NCBI GenBank assembly: GCA_043779265.1 | Contig: JAYWEM010000163.1 | Span: 1 to 33,329, forward strand | Reading direction: 5' to 3' | DNA from: a bacterium | GTDB taxonomy: Bacteria > Eisenbacteria > RBG-16-71-46 | Length of the DNA: 33,329 nucleotides | Part shown: in pieces, positions 24,798 to 33,329 of the stretch | Layout of the letters: each line of letters begins with the position of its first letter | Numbering within the stretch: position 1 is the first letter of the stretch | Program-made: the position numbers and the translations under genes | Notes under the pieces: generated by a model | What the model was told of the DNA's origin: nothing | Database searches by the model: none | What the model saw: the letters and a program-made list of their open reading frames with translations, nothing else

Positions 24798-26750
24798 GTG
24801 ATCCAGCTGAGTTCCATCCGCTACAGCATCGGTCAACGCATCCTGTTCGAGGATGTCGACTGGGTCGTGGGTCCGGGCGACCGCGTGGCGCTGGTGGGCC
24901 CCAACGGGGCGGGCAAGACGACGCTGCTCAAGGTGATCCTGGGAGAGCTCACCCCGGAGGCTGGAACCCGGGTGCTGTCTCGGGGCACCCGACTGGGCTA
25001 CCTGCCCCAGGAGGCGGCGGAGCGATTCGAGGGGACGGTCCTCGATCGGGCGATGGAGGCGCATCACGAGATCCGCTCCAAGCGCGCTGAACTCGACACG
25101 CTCCTGGCCGAACTCTCGGACGTGAATCCCGAGGACCCGAGGCTCGACGAGATGCTCGAGCGGCTCGGGACGCTGCAGCACGAACTCGAGCACCATGGCG
25201 AACACGCACTCGAGCCCAAGGCGAGGCAGGTGCTCGCGGGACTCGGCTTCAGTGACGCCGACCAGAACCGTCCCCTCGCGGAGTTCTCGGGAGGCTGGCG
25301 GATGCGCGCGGCGCTCGCGGCGCTCCTGCTGAGCGAGCCCACGGTGCTCTTCATGGATGAGCCGACCAACCACCTCGACCTCCCGGCGATGGAGTGGCTC
25401 GAGGATCATCTCGAGGACTTCCCGGGCGGGCTCGTCGTCGTCTCGCATGATCGCGTCTTCCTCGACCGTGTTGCCACCGAGGTGCGCGAACTGGATCACG
25501 GGACGATGACGCCCTACTCGGTGCGGTTCTCGCTTTACCTCGAGGAGAAGGAGATCCGCCGCGAGCAGATGCAGGCGCAGAACGCCCAGCTCGGATCGCG
25601 CATCGCCGAGTTGCAGCGCTTCGTCGAGCGCTTCGGCGCCAAGAACACCAAGGCGGCCCAGGCTCAGAGCAAACGCAAGATGATCGATCGGCTCAAGGAG
25701 CAGCGCATCGTGATCCCGCACCGGCCCAAGTCGGTTCGCTTCTCCTTCCCCGATCCCCCGCACTCGGGCCGCTCCATGGTCCGACTGCGCGATGTCTCGT
25801 TCGGGTACGATGCGGGCCCCGACATCCTCTCGGTCGTCAATGCCGAGATCGCGAAGGGCGACAAGATCGCCATCGTCGGTGCGAATGGCGCCGGCAAGAC
25901 CACCCTGCTGCGCGTGCTGGCCGGGCAACTGGCCCAGAGATCGGGCGAGCGCGAGCAACCCCCGCAGACGAAGGCGGCCTACTTCGCGCAGCACGCCGCC
26001 GAGACTCTGGATCCCTCGTTGACGGTGCTCGGTGCCCTCGAGGAGATCGCGAGCGACTCATGGCGTCCTAAGCTCCGCAGCCTGCTCGGCAACTTCCTCT
26101 TCGCCGGGGACGATGTCTTCAAGTTGTGCCGGATCCTCTCGGGAGGCGAGCGTCAGCGCGTTGCGATCGCACGCATGCTGCTGCAGCCGAGCAACCTGCT
26201 CCTGCTCGACGAGCCGACGCACCACCTCGACATCGCCGGCAAGGAGGTCCTCGAGGAGGGCCTGACCCAGTACCCGGGCGCCGTGGTCGTGGTGACGCAC
26301 GATCGCTCACTCATGGCGCGTGTCGCGACTCGTGTGCTCGCCGTCGACGCGGGCCGCGTGATCGTGTATCCGGGCGGCTATGACGACTACGAGGAGGCGC
26401 GCATCACCAAGGTCGCCGCATCGATTCCGGATGACGAGCCGCCGGCCCGTGCATCGACTGCTTCCTCGGGCCCCAAGGCGAAGTCGGCGCCGCCTCCCGC
26501 TCCCGACGCACGGCAGCAGCGCGAGCGCTCGCGCGATGACCGACGTTCGCGCGACAAGCGCTCACGCGAGTCCGAACGGATCGAGAAGGAGATCGAGACG
26601 CGCGAGAAGCGGATCGCCGAACTCGAGATCGCGCTCGCCGATCCGGACGTCTATCAGGATGGCGAGCGCAGCCGGAGTCTCGTCAGCGAGTACGAGCGAA
26701 TCCGCAGCGAACTCGAGGCACTCTGGCAGGGCCTCGAGAGCCTCGGATGA
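24798..26750 (+). CDS. ABC-F family ATPase (YheS/Uup-like)
   Basis: Two ABC domains (GPNGAGKTT/FSGGW/DEPTNHLD and GANGAGKTT/LSGGE/DEPTHHLD); no TM; C-terminal coiled coil. Confidence 0.95.
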   Translation: MIQLSSIRYSIGQRILFEDVDWVVGPGDRVALVGPNGAGKTTLLKVILGELTPEAGTRVLSRGTRLGYLPQEAAERFEGTVLDRAMEAHHEIRSKRAELDTLLAELSDVNPEDPRLDEMLERLGTLQHELEHHGEHALEPKARQVLAGLGFSDADQNRPLAEFSGGWRMRAALAALLLSEPTVLFMDEPTNHLDLPAMEWLEDHLEDFPGGLVVVSHDRVFLDRVATEVRELDHGTMTPYSVRFSLYLEEKEIRREQMQAQNAQLGSRIAELQRFVERFGAKNTKAAQAQSKRKMIDRLKEQRIVIPHRPKSVRFSFPDPPHSGRSMVRLRDVSFGYDAGPDILSVVNAEIAKGDKIAIVGANGAGKTTLLRVLAGQLAQRSGEREQPPQTKAAYFAQHAAETLDPSLTVLGALEEIASDSWRPKLRSLLGNFLFAGDDVFKLCRILSGGERQRVAIARMLLQPSNLLLLDEPTHHLDIAGKEVLEEGLTQYPGAVVVVTHDRSLMARVATRVLAVDAGRVIVYPGGYDDYEEARITKVAASIPDDEPPARASTASSGPKAKSAPPPAPDARQQRERSRDDRRSRDKRSRESERIEKEIETREKRIAELEIALADPDVYQDGERSRSLVSEYERIRSELEALWQGLESLG

Positions 26751-26763
26751 GTCGGTCCGCGGG

Positions 26764-26792
26764 TTGACCCGACGTGCGGGCCCACCTACCGT
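26764..26792 (+). promoter_or_regulatory. sigma70 promoter of the BMC-T gene (leaderless)
   Basis: TTGACC-N17-TACCGT, 8 nt before ATG 26801; no SD. Confidence 0.7.
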
Positions 26793-26800
26793 GGGCGGCC

Positions 26801-27436
26801 ATGTCCGACGTGACGCTTCGCACCTACGTCTTCCTGGATTCGCTCCAGCCGCAGCTGGCCTCGTTCATCGGCACCACTGCGCGCGGATTCCTGCCGGTCA
26901 CCGGTGACGCTTCGATGTTCATCGAGACCGCTCCCGGGTTGGCGATCAATCGACTCACCGACGTTGCGCTCAAGGCCACCCAGGCGACCCCCGCGATCAT
27001 GGTCGTGGAGCGGGCCTTCGGGCTCCTCGAGATCCACCACCGCGACAAGGGTCAGGTGCTCGACGCCGGCCAGGCCATATTGGATCACCTCGGCATCCGG
27101 GAGAACGACCGCCTGCAGCCGCGCGTCGTCTCGGACCAGATCATCCGTGGCGTCGAGTCCTATCACGCCCAGGTGATCAACAAGATGCGCTTCGGCGACA
27201 TGCTGATCCCCGGCGAGTCTCTGTTCATCGTCGAGAGCGAGCCCGCCGGTTACATCGCTTACGCGGCGAATGAGGCGCTCAAGGCCGCGCACGTGAAGCT
27301 CATCGACGCATCCCTGTTCGGTGCGTTCGGCCGGCTCTACCTCTCCGGTAGCGAGGCGCAGATCGATGCCGCTCGTGACGCCGCACTACGCTCATTGACG
27401 AGCCTCAAGGGACGACCGATGAGCGGCGGGGCCTGA
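26801..27436 (+). CDS. Bacterial microcompartment shell protein, tandem BMC-T (CsoS1D/CcmP-like)
   Basis: [67 protein letters not shown]. Confidence 0.92.
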   Translation: MSDVTLRTYVFLDSLQPQLASFIGTTARGFLPVTGDASMFIETAPGLAINRLTDVALKATQATPAIMVVERAFGLLEIHHRDKGQVLDAGQAILDHLGIRENDRLQPRVVSDQIIRGVESYHAQVINKMRFGDMLIPGESLFIVESEPAGYIAYAANEALKAAHVKLIDASLFGAFGRLYLSGSEAQIDAARDAALRSLTSLKGRPMSGGA

Positions 27437-27450
27437 TCCGAATCGCCCGG

Positions 27451-28758
27451 TCAGGCGGCGCGGTCCTGCTCGTCCGCCGCATCCTCGCCTGAAGCCAGCC
27501 AGTTCGGTGTCTCCCGCGTGGCCCAGCCCTGCTCGAGTCCGCGCATGAGGATGTAGGGCTGCAGCGTGGGATTGTTGAAACGGAATCGAGCCTCGCGCCC
27601 GGCGCCGGACTTGGAGAGCACGAAGCCTCGCCCTGCCTCGGTGAGCGCACTCACCTGATTCGTCAGCCCGCGCACCTCCCGTCCGACGATCGACTCGAGC
27701 GTCGTCTTCACGTCGTCGACGCAGAAGCGTCCACGTTCATCGCGCGGCGTCAGCGCACACGCCAACAGGATCTCCGGGAAGATGCCCCGTCGAGCGCGCA
27801 CGATCGCCTGCTCATAGGCCTCGCGAACGCCCTCGGTGGACCGGCGCAGCGCAACACCCACCGCCTCGTCGAGATGGTCGAGCGTCAGATGCGTTCCGCC
27901 CTGTGCGACCGCGGCGCGCGCCGCCCCGAGTCCCAGTTGATGGATGACGTGCGGGAGTCCTTGCGACAGCGTGGCCATGCGCTCCACCACCGAGTCGTCC
28001 GCCGTGAGCCCAGTGGCTCCCAGCATCCGCGTGCTGGCTTCGATCAACTCGGACTCCGACATGCGCGGCAGATGGATGCCGATCAGCGCTCGCTCGATCG
28101 ACGGATGCGCGTGCACGAGTGCACTGGCGTCCTCTCCCACGCCGACGATCACGAGCGTCACCGGAAGTGCCGCATCGGAGAGCGCCTTGATCGTGTCGGA
28201 GAACTGCATGCGCGCGCGCTCATCCGCGACACGGTCGAACTCATCGAACACGACCACGACCTGGTCCTGCATCGCGAACTGACGGAGCAGTTCCACCACG
28301 TGCGACGGCGACAGGTCATCCGCGTCGGAGGCCGAGGGTGGCGGCAGCAGGGACTCGCCAGTGAAGGGCGAGATCTCGGCCCCGGCGACGAAACCGGTGG
28401 TCGACTTGTGCTGCGAGAAGCGGAATCCACGGGCGGCCTTCCGCCACAGCGACGTGAACGTGTCGCCCGGGTCCCCGGCGACTCGCACGAGGATCAGTGG
28501 CCCCTGGGCGAACTCGGCGAGCATGGTCACGAGCGAGGTCTTGCCGACGCCGCGCTCGCCACAGACCACCGCGTGCTGTCCGCGCTGGAGCACGGTCTGG
28601 AGCAGGTCCTGCACCTGGGCGTGCCGGCCGGTGAACAGGTCACGGCGCGTGAGTGGCGACGACGGCGAGAACACCTCGTCCATTCGCGCCTGGATGGACA
28701 TGGGCGGCTCGCCGGAAGCGGCGGCGCCATGGACCGTGGAGAGCGTGTGATCGCTCAT
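27451..28758 (-). CDS. AAA+ ATPase (ORC1/Cdc6- or STAND-like) with probable C-terminal winged helix
   Basis: FSPSSP...LFTGR; Walker A GERGVGKT; Walker B VVVFDEFD; SQGLPH; RFRFNNP; RBS GAGGGG; ends DRAA. Confidence 0.85.
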   Translation of the reverse strand: MSDHTLSTVHGAAASGEPPMSIQARMDEVFSPSSPLTRRDLFTGRHAQVQDLLQTVLQRGQHAVVCGERGVGKTSLVTMLAEFAQGPLILVRVAGDPGDTFTSLWRKAARGFRFSQHKSTTGFVAGAEISPFTGESLLPPPSASDADDLSPSHVVELLRQFAMQDQVVVVFDEFDRVADERARMQFSDTIKALSDAALPVTLVIVGVGEDASALVHAHPSIERALIGIHLPRMSESELIEASTRMLGATGLTADDSVVERMATLSQGLPHVIHQLGLGAARAAVAQGGTHLTLDHLDEAVGVALRRSTEGVREAYEQAIVRARRGIFPEILLACALTPRDERGRFCVDDVKTTLESIVGREVRGLTNQVSALTEAGRGFVLSKSGAGREARFRFNNPTLQPYILMRGLEQGWATRETPNWLASGEDAADEQDRAA

Positions 28759-28792
28759 CGACCCCTCGTTTCGGACAGCGTGCGACCTGACA

Positions 28793-28847
28793 GGTCCACG
28801 GTCCGGGAGGGGTCCGGTCGGTGGGATTCGGGTCCGCGGAAAGGTCC
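28793..28847 (-). repeat. Five GGACC direct repeats in the 5' leader of the AAA ATPase
   Basis: GGTCC on the plus strand at 28793, 28800, 28811, 28831 and 28843. Confidence 0.6.
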
Positions 28848-28860
28848 GCGGGCAGGGAGG

Positions 28861-28889
28861 TTATCGGCCGGGGTGGGTGACCGACTTGA
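28861..28889 (-). promoter_or_regulatory. sigma28 (FliA/WhiG)-like promoter
   Basis: TCAAG-N16-GCCGATAA on the minus strand, about 100 nt before the AAA ATPase start. Confidence 0.6.
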
Positions 28890-28910
28890 GCCCGTTCGAA
28901 CCGTGCGCGG

Positions 28911-29708
28911 TCAGAACAGTTCGCGCTGGGGCCAGTGGTCCGAGGGCTCGATGGCCTTCAGTCCCAGCCGGCGCTTCATCTCGTTGACGCTCGACGGGGA
29001 GTGTCCGGCCCAGTGGTTGTTGAAGTAGCCGAAGATCTCCTTCACGTCGCCGAACACGCGCTTCAGTGCGCCCTCCCAGTCTGCGAAACTGTCCTCCCGA
29101 TCGATCTGCACACGGTCGTAGCAATCGATCTCCTCACGGTCGCCGAGCCAGCGCAGGTAGAGGAAGTCGGCGGTGACCTCGGAGGATCGCTTCAGGTCGC
29201 GCCACTCGGTCCACGCCATCGCCGCACCATGCGAGCGCATCAGGTCCGCCACTTCCGGCGTCTGCCAGGAGTCGTGCCGGAACTCGACCGCGAGCCGCAG
29301 CGAGCCGGGCGCGCCGGCGAGGAAGCCGCCGAGGTCGCGGAGTGTCGACGGCTCATGGCGGAACTCGGCCGGCATCTGCACAAGAAGCGGCCCGAGCTTC
29401 TCCCCCAACGGCTCCATGGCGCGGGCGAACCGTCCCATCGGCTCGGTGGCATCACGCAGCTTGGCATCGTGCGTCACGGCTCGCGGGACCTTGGCGGCGA
29501 AGCGGAAGTGCTCGGGCGTGTGTCTCGCCCAGGACCTCGCGATGGTTCCCTTGGGCGCGTGATAGAACGTCGAGTCGATCTCCACGGTGTCGAACACGGC
29601 CGCGTAGAACGGCAGGCGATCCTCCTGCTTGGAACCGGGCGGATAGAACGAGCCTCGCCAGTCGTCGTAGCTCCACCCCTGTGTCCCGAGCCGGATGATG
29701 GCACTCAT
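28911..29708 (-). CDS. DUF72 (YecE-like) protein
   Basis: IRLGTQGWSY..W...FYP, FDTVEIDSTFY, FRFAAKVP, AVEFRH.SW, YLRWLG, FNNHWAG; ends QRELF. Confidence 0.95.
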   Translation of the reverse strand: MSAIIRLGTQGWSYDDWRGSFYPPGSKQEDRLPFYAAVFDTVEIDSTFYHAPKGTIARSWARHTPEHFRFAAKVPRAVTHDAKLRDATEPMGRFARAMEPLGEKLGPLLVQMPAEFRHEPSTLRDLGGFLAGAPGSLRLAVEFRHDSWQTPEVADLMRSHGAAMAWTEWRDLKRSSEVTADFLYLRWLGDREEIDCYDRVQIDREDSFADWEGALKRVFGDVKEIFGYFNNHWAGHSPSSVNEMKRRLGLKAIEPSDHWPQRELF

Positions 29709-30616
29709 GGTGTCCTCCCTCGCGCAGCGTCGCGCTCGATTAGGTAAAGCGGCTGGCCTGTCAGCGAGGTGCTCAGGAAAACCCGCACTCGCCGCTCGTA
29801 GTTCTCGCGATCCGTCTCCCAGGAGGCGGCATGCCCGGCGCCGGCAACCGTCCAACTCTCGGCCACGGGGCCCGCAGCGGCCTCGAGCGAGCGAGCATGA
29901 CGGTGCCGCAGATGGTCCTCGAGCCCGCCGTGGATGAGGAGCACCGGACGGTCGGTGATCCCCGCGAGGGCGGCGCTCACGTCGAGGCCGCCCGGATCAA
30001 GGCCGGTGACACGGCGTCCGATTGCGCGAGCGAGCGGCGTGAGTGGCCACGCCGGAAGGTGGTACTCGAGCTTCAGCCGATCCTCGATCGCCCAATCGGA
30101 GCGCGCGAAGGCATCATCCGCGACGACCGAGCTCACCTCGGGATGCGAGGCGGCCGCGACGATCGCCACGCTGGCGCCGAGCGACTCGCCGAACAGAGCG
30201 ATCGGACGACCCGTCCATTCGCTTTGGCGTCCGATCCATTCGAGGACGGCGCGGACATCCGCGAGTTCGTGCGCCCCGAGCGTCGTCGGTCGACGGCCCC
30301 ATCCACCCGACGAGCGGAATCTCACCGAGACGACCGCGTAGCCATCACGCACCAGATAGCGTGCATGACGGCGCAGTCGCCGCTCGTCGCGGCCGTAGCC
30401 ATGCAGGAGGACGACCACCGCGCGGGCGCGACCGGGTTCGACGGTCACGTGCACCGACTCGCGCGAGCCCACGGCAATCGACACCGAACGCGGCGCGGGC
30501 CGCACCGCTTCGATGCCGCCCGTGTCCGAGAGGATCGGGGGGTAGAGTGCGAGCCAGATGCTGCCCGTGGCGAAGAGCAGCAGCGCGCCGAGCGCCAACG
30601 TCAGGAATCGGAACAT
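29705..30616 (-). CDS. Alpha/beta hydrolase with N-terminal membrane anchor
   Basis: LLHGYG; nucleophile GESLG; IHGGLED; GAGH; ATGA overlap with DUF72. Confidence 0.9.
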   Translation of the reverse strand: MFRFLTLALGALLLFATGSIWLALYPPILSDTGGIEAVRPAPRSVSIAVGSRESVHVTVEPGRARAVVVLLHGYGRDERRLRRHARYLVRDGYAVVSVRFRSSGGWGRRPTTLGAHELADVRAVLEWIGRQSEWTGRPIALFGESLGASVAIVAAASHPEVSSVVADDAFARSDWAIEDRLKLEYHLPAWPLTPLARAIGRRVTGLDPGGLDVSAALAGITDRPVLLIHGGLEDHLRHRHARSLEAAAGPVAESWTVAGAGHAASWETDRENYERRVRVFLSTSLTGQPLYLIERDAARGRTP

Positions 30617-30668
30617 GTGCGGGCAGTCTCGCACACGCTGCGCGCTCCGCCGAATCGCCGATGGATCC

Positions 30669-32664
30669 TCAGTCGAGCTTGACCGTTCGCTGCGTCTCCG
30701 AGACTGAGCCGGCGCGGACGCGGTAGTAGTAGACACCCGCGGGCGCCTGGCGGCCGTTCGAGTCCAGGCCATCCCAGCGGACCTCATGCATCCCCGCCAG
30801 TTGGTAGGAATCCTCGACGAGCCGACGGACGACGCGGCCCGCCGCATCGTGGATCACCAACTGGACCGCGGCCGGCGCGAAGAGTTCGTAGCGCAGCCAC
30901 GTGCCCGGACGGAAGGGATTCGGTTGCGCCCCGAACAGGAGCAACGCGCGCGGCAGCGTCGGAGGCGACACGCCCCCACCCGCCGAGAGCACGCCCGCCC
31001 CACGAGCCCCGAACACGCGGAACTGCACCAAGGGGGTGATCGCCAGCCCGCCGCTCGCCGCTCGCCGCAGGATCGCTGACGAACCAGCGCGCGAAGAACG
31101 AGTGCCCCTCGAGCGTCGGATCCGCGGGGATCGCGAAACTGATGGAACCCGAACCCGCGCCGGCACCGCTCGCCGCGAGTGTCGTCGTGCGATGCGCGAG
31201 GGCCCCCGATGCCGGGATGCCGCCACCGACCGCCGGGTCCGCATCGTCCACGACCAGCACGGCGCTCGCACCGCTTCGGCCGCGCGTGATCCCCAACGTG
31301 AAGTCGGGGTTGGAGGAGATCGGCGGCTCGTACGCGATCGGCTGGGGTACGATGCCGCCGGTGCCCACGACGCCCGTCCCGAGGACCTGTGGCACGAGTT
31401 CCGATTCCGAGTAGAGCGACGGGCGGTGGAAAGGCGCCTGCTCCGCAGCCACGCGGGGATCGGTCAGAGGACGGCGCGTGAACGCGACCAACTGCGCCTT
31501 CTGGATCGGCGTCGACACGAATGGCGCGATGAGCGGGCTCTTGCTGGGCGCATTGAAGTCGCCCCCTCGCTCGTAGAAGTTCACGACCTCCTCGAGCGTC
31601 GAGAACCGGCCGTCATGCATGAACGCCGTGCGCAGCGCGACATTGCGCAGACTCGGTGTGCGCATCGATCCACGGTCGGCCGGTGCCCCGGTCACGATCG
31701 CACGCCCCGAATCCTCGGCCACCGGCCGCACTCCGATGTAATGGAACTGCTGGTCCGTGAGGAGGGGCCCGCCGTGACAGACTCCGCACGGCAACGTGGT
31801 GAACAGGACGCGGCCAGCCGCTTCCTGCGGATTCAGCGCGGGGGGGTTCGCCTTGGGCGAATCGATGGGCGCACGGTTCGAGGCCAGCGTGCGTTCGTAT
31901 GTGGCGATGGCCAGCGCGATGCGGCGCGCGGTGATGCCGGGCGTGCCGAACGCCTCGGCGAACAGCGCGGGGTAGTTCCGCCCCCCCCATCCAACTCGAG
32001 AGATCGGCGGGCACCGAAGCCGCCAGCGCCAGCGGCTGTGCGCTCGCCAACCTCGACTCGACATCACTCCACGACCTCGCCTGATGCGCCATCTCCGTGG
32101 CGGAGAGCGGAGGGCCGAGCGCTTGGTTCTCCAAGGCGCCGCCGATCGCGATCACCGTGTCCGATGTGACCGGATCGAGGAACGCCCGGCCGGCACGACC
32201 ATCCCAGAACAGGACCGGAGCGTAGGCGGCATTGATGTGTGACGGTGAGAATCTCGGCGTCACTTGCTCGGTCATGCCGAAGAACGCGGCGTGCTCGTAG
32301 TCGCCGGAGGAACTGGCGAGCGGAACTCCCGGCGAACCCGTGACGTCGTCAGGAGTCCCCAGAACCCCGTCGAGTCCGGGGTGAGTGGCCCTCGAGGAAC
32401 CGCGGACCGAACGTGGATCGCCCCCGCCGCTCGCTCCCTGGTGACAGCTGCCGCACGCGACGGTGCGCGTGCTCGAGAGCTGCTCGTCCCAGAAGAGCGC
32501 CATGCCGAGCATCGTCTTGGAGAGCGTGATGGGATTGGCCGGTGTACGGGCGGCGGTCCGAGCGGAGGAGCGGGCGGTGGTGGGCCGCCTTGTGCCAGTG
32601 CGAATGTGACCGGGAGCAGGTACAGGATCGGTCGGAGCCAGCGAAGCGGCGAGCGCGGCGTCAT
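30669..32664 (-). pseudogene. Frameshifted di-heme cytochrome c peroxidase (CcpA/MauG family) with FlgD-like C-terminal domain
   Basis: Four frame segments: signal + Pro-rich; LFWDEQLS..CGSCH..FWDGRA; YERTL..CGVCH..RTPSLRNV..FMHDG; PNPF..WDGLD..GVYYYR. Shifts near 32544, 31981-31988 and 31051-31064. Confidence 0.85.
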
Positions 32665-32722
32665 CGGTAGGATCTCTCCAGAGTGGTGGACGGCCAACGG
32701 CCGAGACGCCCGGTCGCATCTC

Positions 32723-32748
32723 GACGAATGGGCCCTGCTTCAGGTTCC
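32723..32748 (-). promoter_or_regulatory. ECF sigma-type promoter upstream of the peroxidase
   Basis: GGAAC-N17-CGTC on the minus strand, about 60 nt before ATG 32664. Confidence 0.45.
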
Positions 32749-32929
32749 CGGGCCGCCCCCTGCAAGTCGGATCCCATGAAACGTCGGCTCCGCGTGCGAA
32801 GCACAACCCGTTGTCCTGCAAATGGCTCGTTCGGACACCTCGGGTTCTTTCGAGTCTGGAGGCACAAGGCGGTGCACCCGAGGGGACAGTCCTCGCACCA
32901 CGCACCGGACGCAGCGGGCCACCTTGGGA

Positions 32930-33329
32930 ATCGGGATAGGGGAGCGCGGGTTATCCCCGCGCTTCCCCTCCCACACCACCGGACATGCGGGTCCGCATCC
33001 GGCGGTTCGGAAGGTTGACGGCGTGCCACAACAGCCCGCCTGTGCTCGTGATTCGTGCAGCGTCGTCGGAGTTTCCTCACTGCACCGTACGTTCGGGTTT
33101 CACCCTATCCTCCGGTGCGAGCTCCACCCCTGTTGGCGTGGACTTCTGAGGCACGACCCCTTCGTTCCGCACGGGCTCGCACTCCCCTCCGTTCGGCCCT
33201 TCGCGGTCGCCCGCTACTACGGCCTTGGCTGACTTCTCGCTCCGGTCGGGGCCGATTGCTCATTGCCGACCGTCGCCCTTTCAGGCATGAGGCGAGATCT
33301 CCCCAGATAAGAACGCTGACCGTCCCGCC
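32930..33329 (-). mobile_element. Group II intron, class IIC, ORF-less; 5' part beyond window
   Basis: D5 ACCGCCGGATGCGGACCCGCATGTCCGGTGGT (33006-32975); D6 ending CCCCTATCCCGAT (3' end 32930); D3 AAGTCAGCCAAGGCCGTAGTA...GAAGGGCCGAAC; end of D1 CTTATCTGGGGAGATCT; D4 only about 180 nt. Confidence 0.92.

Noticed and set aside
32801..32830. Weak dyad CAACCCGTTG-N5-CAAATGGCT as a recombination site (similar loose dyad near 4115-4142)
   Set aside because: Too degenerate, and there is no recombinase in the window.
32661..33080. 139-aa ORF containing EPPDADPHVRWCGRG as a reverse transcriptase gene
   Set aside because: That peptide is just the translation of intron domain V; there are no RT motifs.
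1..33329. CRISPR array, rRNA, tRNA, integron attC array, prophage or IS elements
   Set aside because: No regularly spaced repeats, RNA gene signatures, integrase, transposase or phage genes were seen.

Overview
A high-GC bacterial chromosomal window. FlgD-like C-terminal domains and proteins ending in WGxxKxxYR suggest Candidatus Eisenbacteria or a related FCB-adjacent lineage (inference only). It holds mostly housekeeping and accessory genes: M20, S9 and M29 peptidases, a Ser/Thr kinase-ATPase-TPR protein, FAD and Gfo/Idh/MocA oxidoreductases, an EamA transporter, a BNR/VPS10 protein, FKBP, a GH43/32-like protein, an ABC-F ATPase, a AAA ATPase, DUF72 and an alpha/beta hydrolase. The most notable items are: (1) an unannotated 32-aa very basic ORF with its own promoter, leader hairpin, RBS and terminator, resembling ribosomal protein bS22/eL41; (2) two tandem secreted paralogs sharing a C-terminal PT-x4-G[ST]WGx[LI]KxxYR* motif, a candidate sorting signal; (3) a circularly permuted TrxB-like flavoprotein fused to a NapH-like membrane polyferredoxin; (4) two genes with sigma28-like promoters whose products both end in Ala-Ala; (5) a stand-alone BMC-T microcompartment shell gene; (6) a triple-frameshifted di-heme cytochrome c peroxidase pseudogene; (7) the 3' part of an ORF-less class IIC group II intron at the right edge. 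Several genes appear leaderless.
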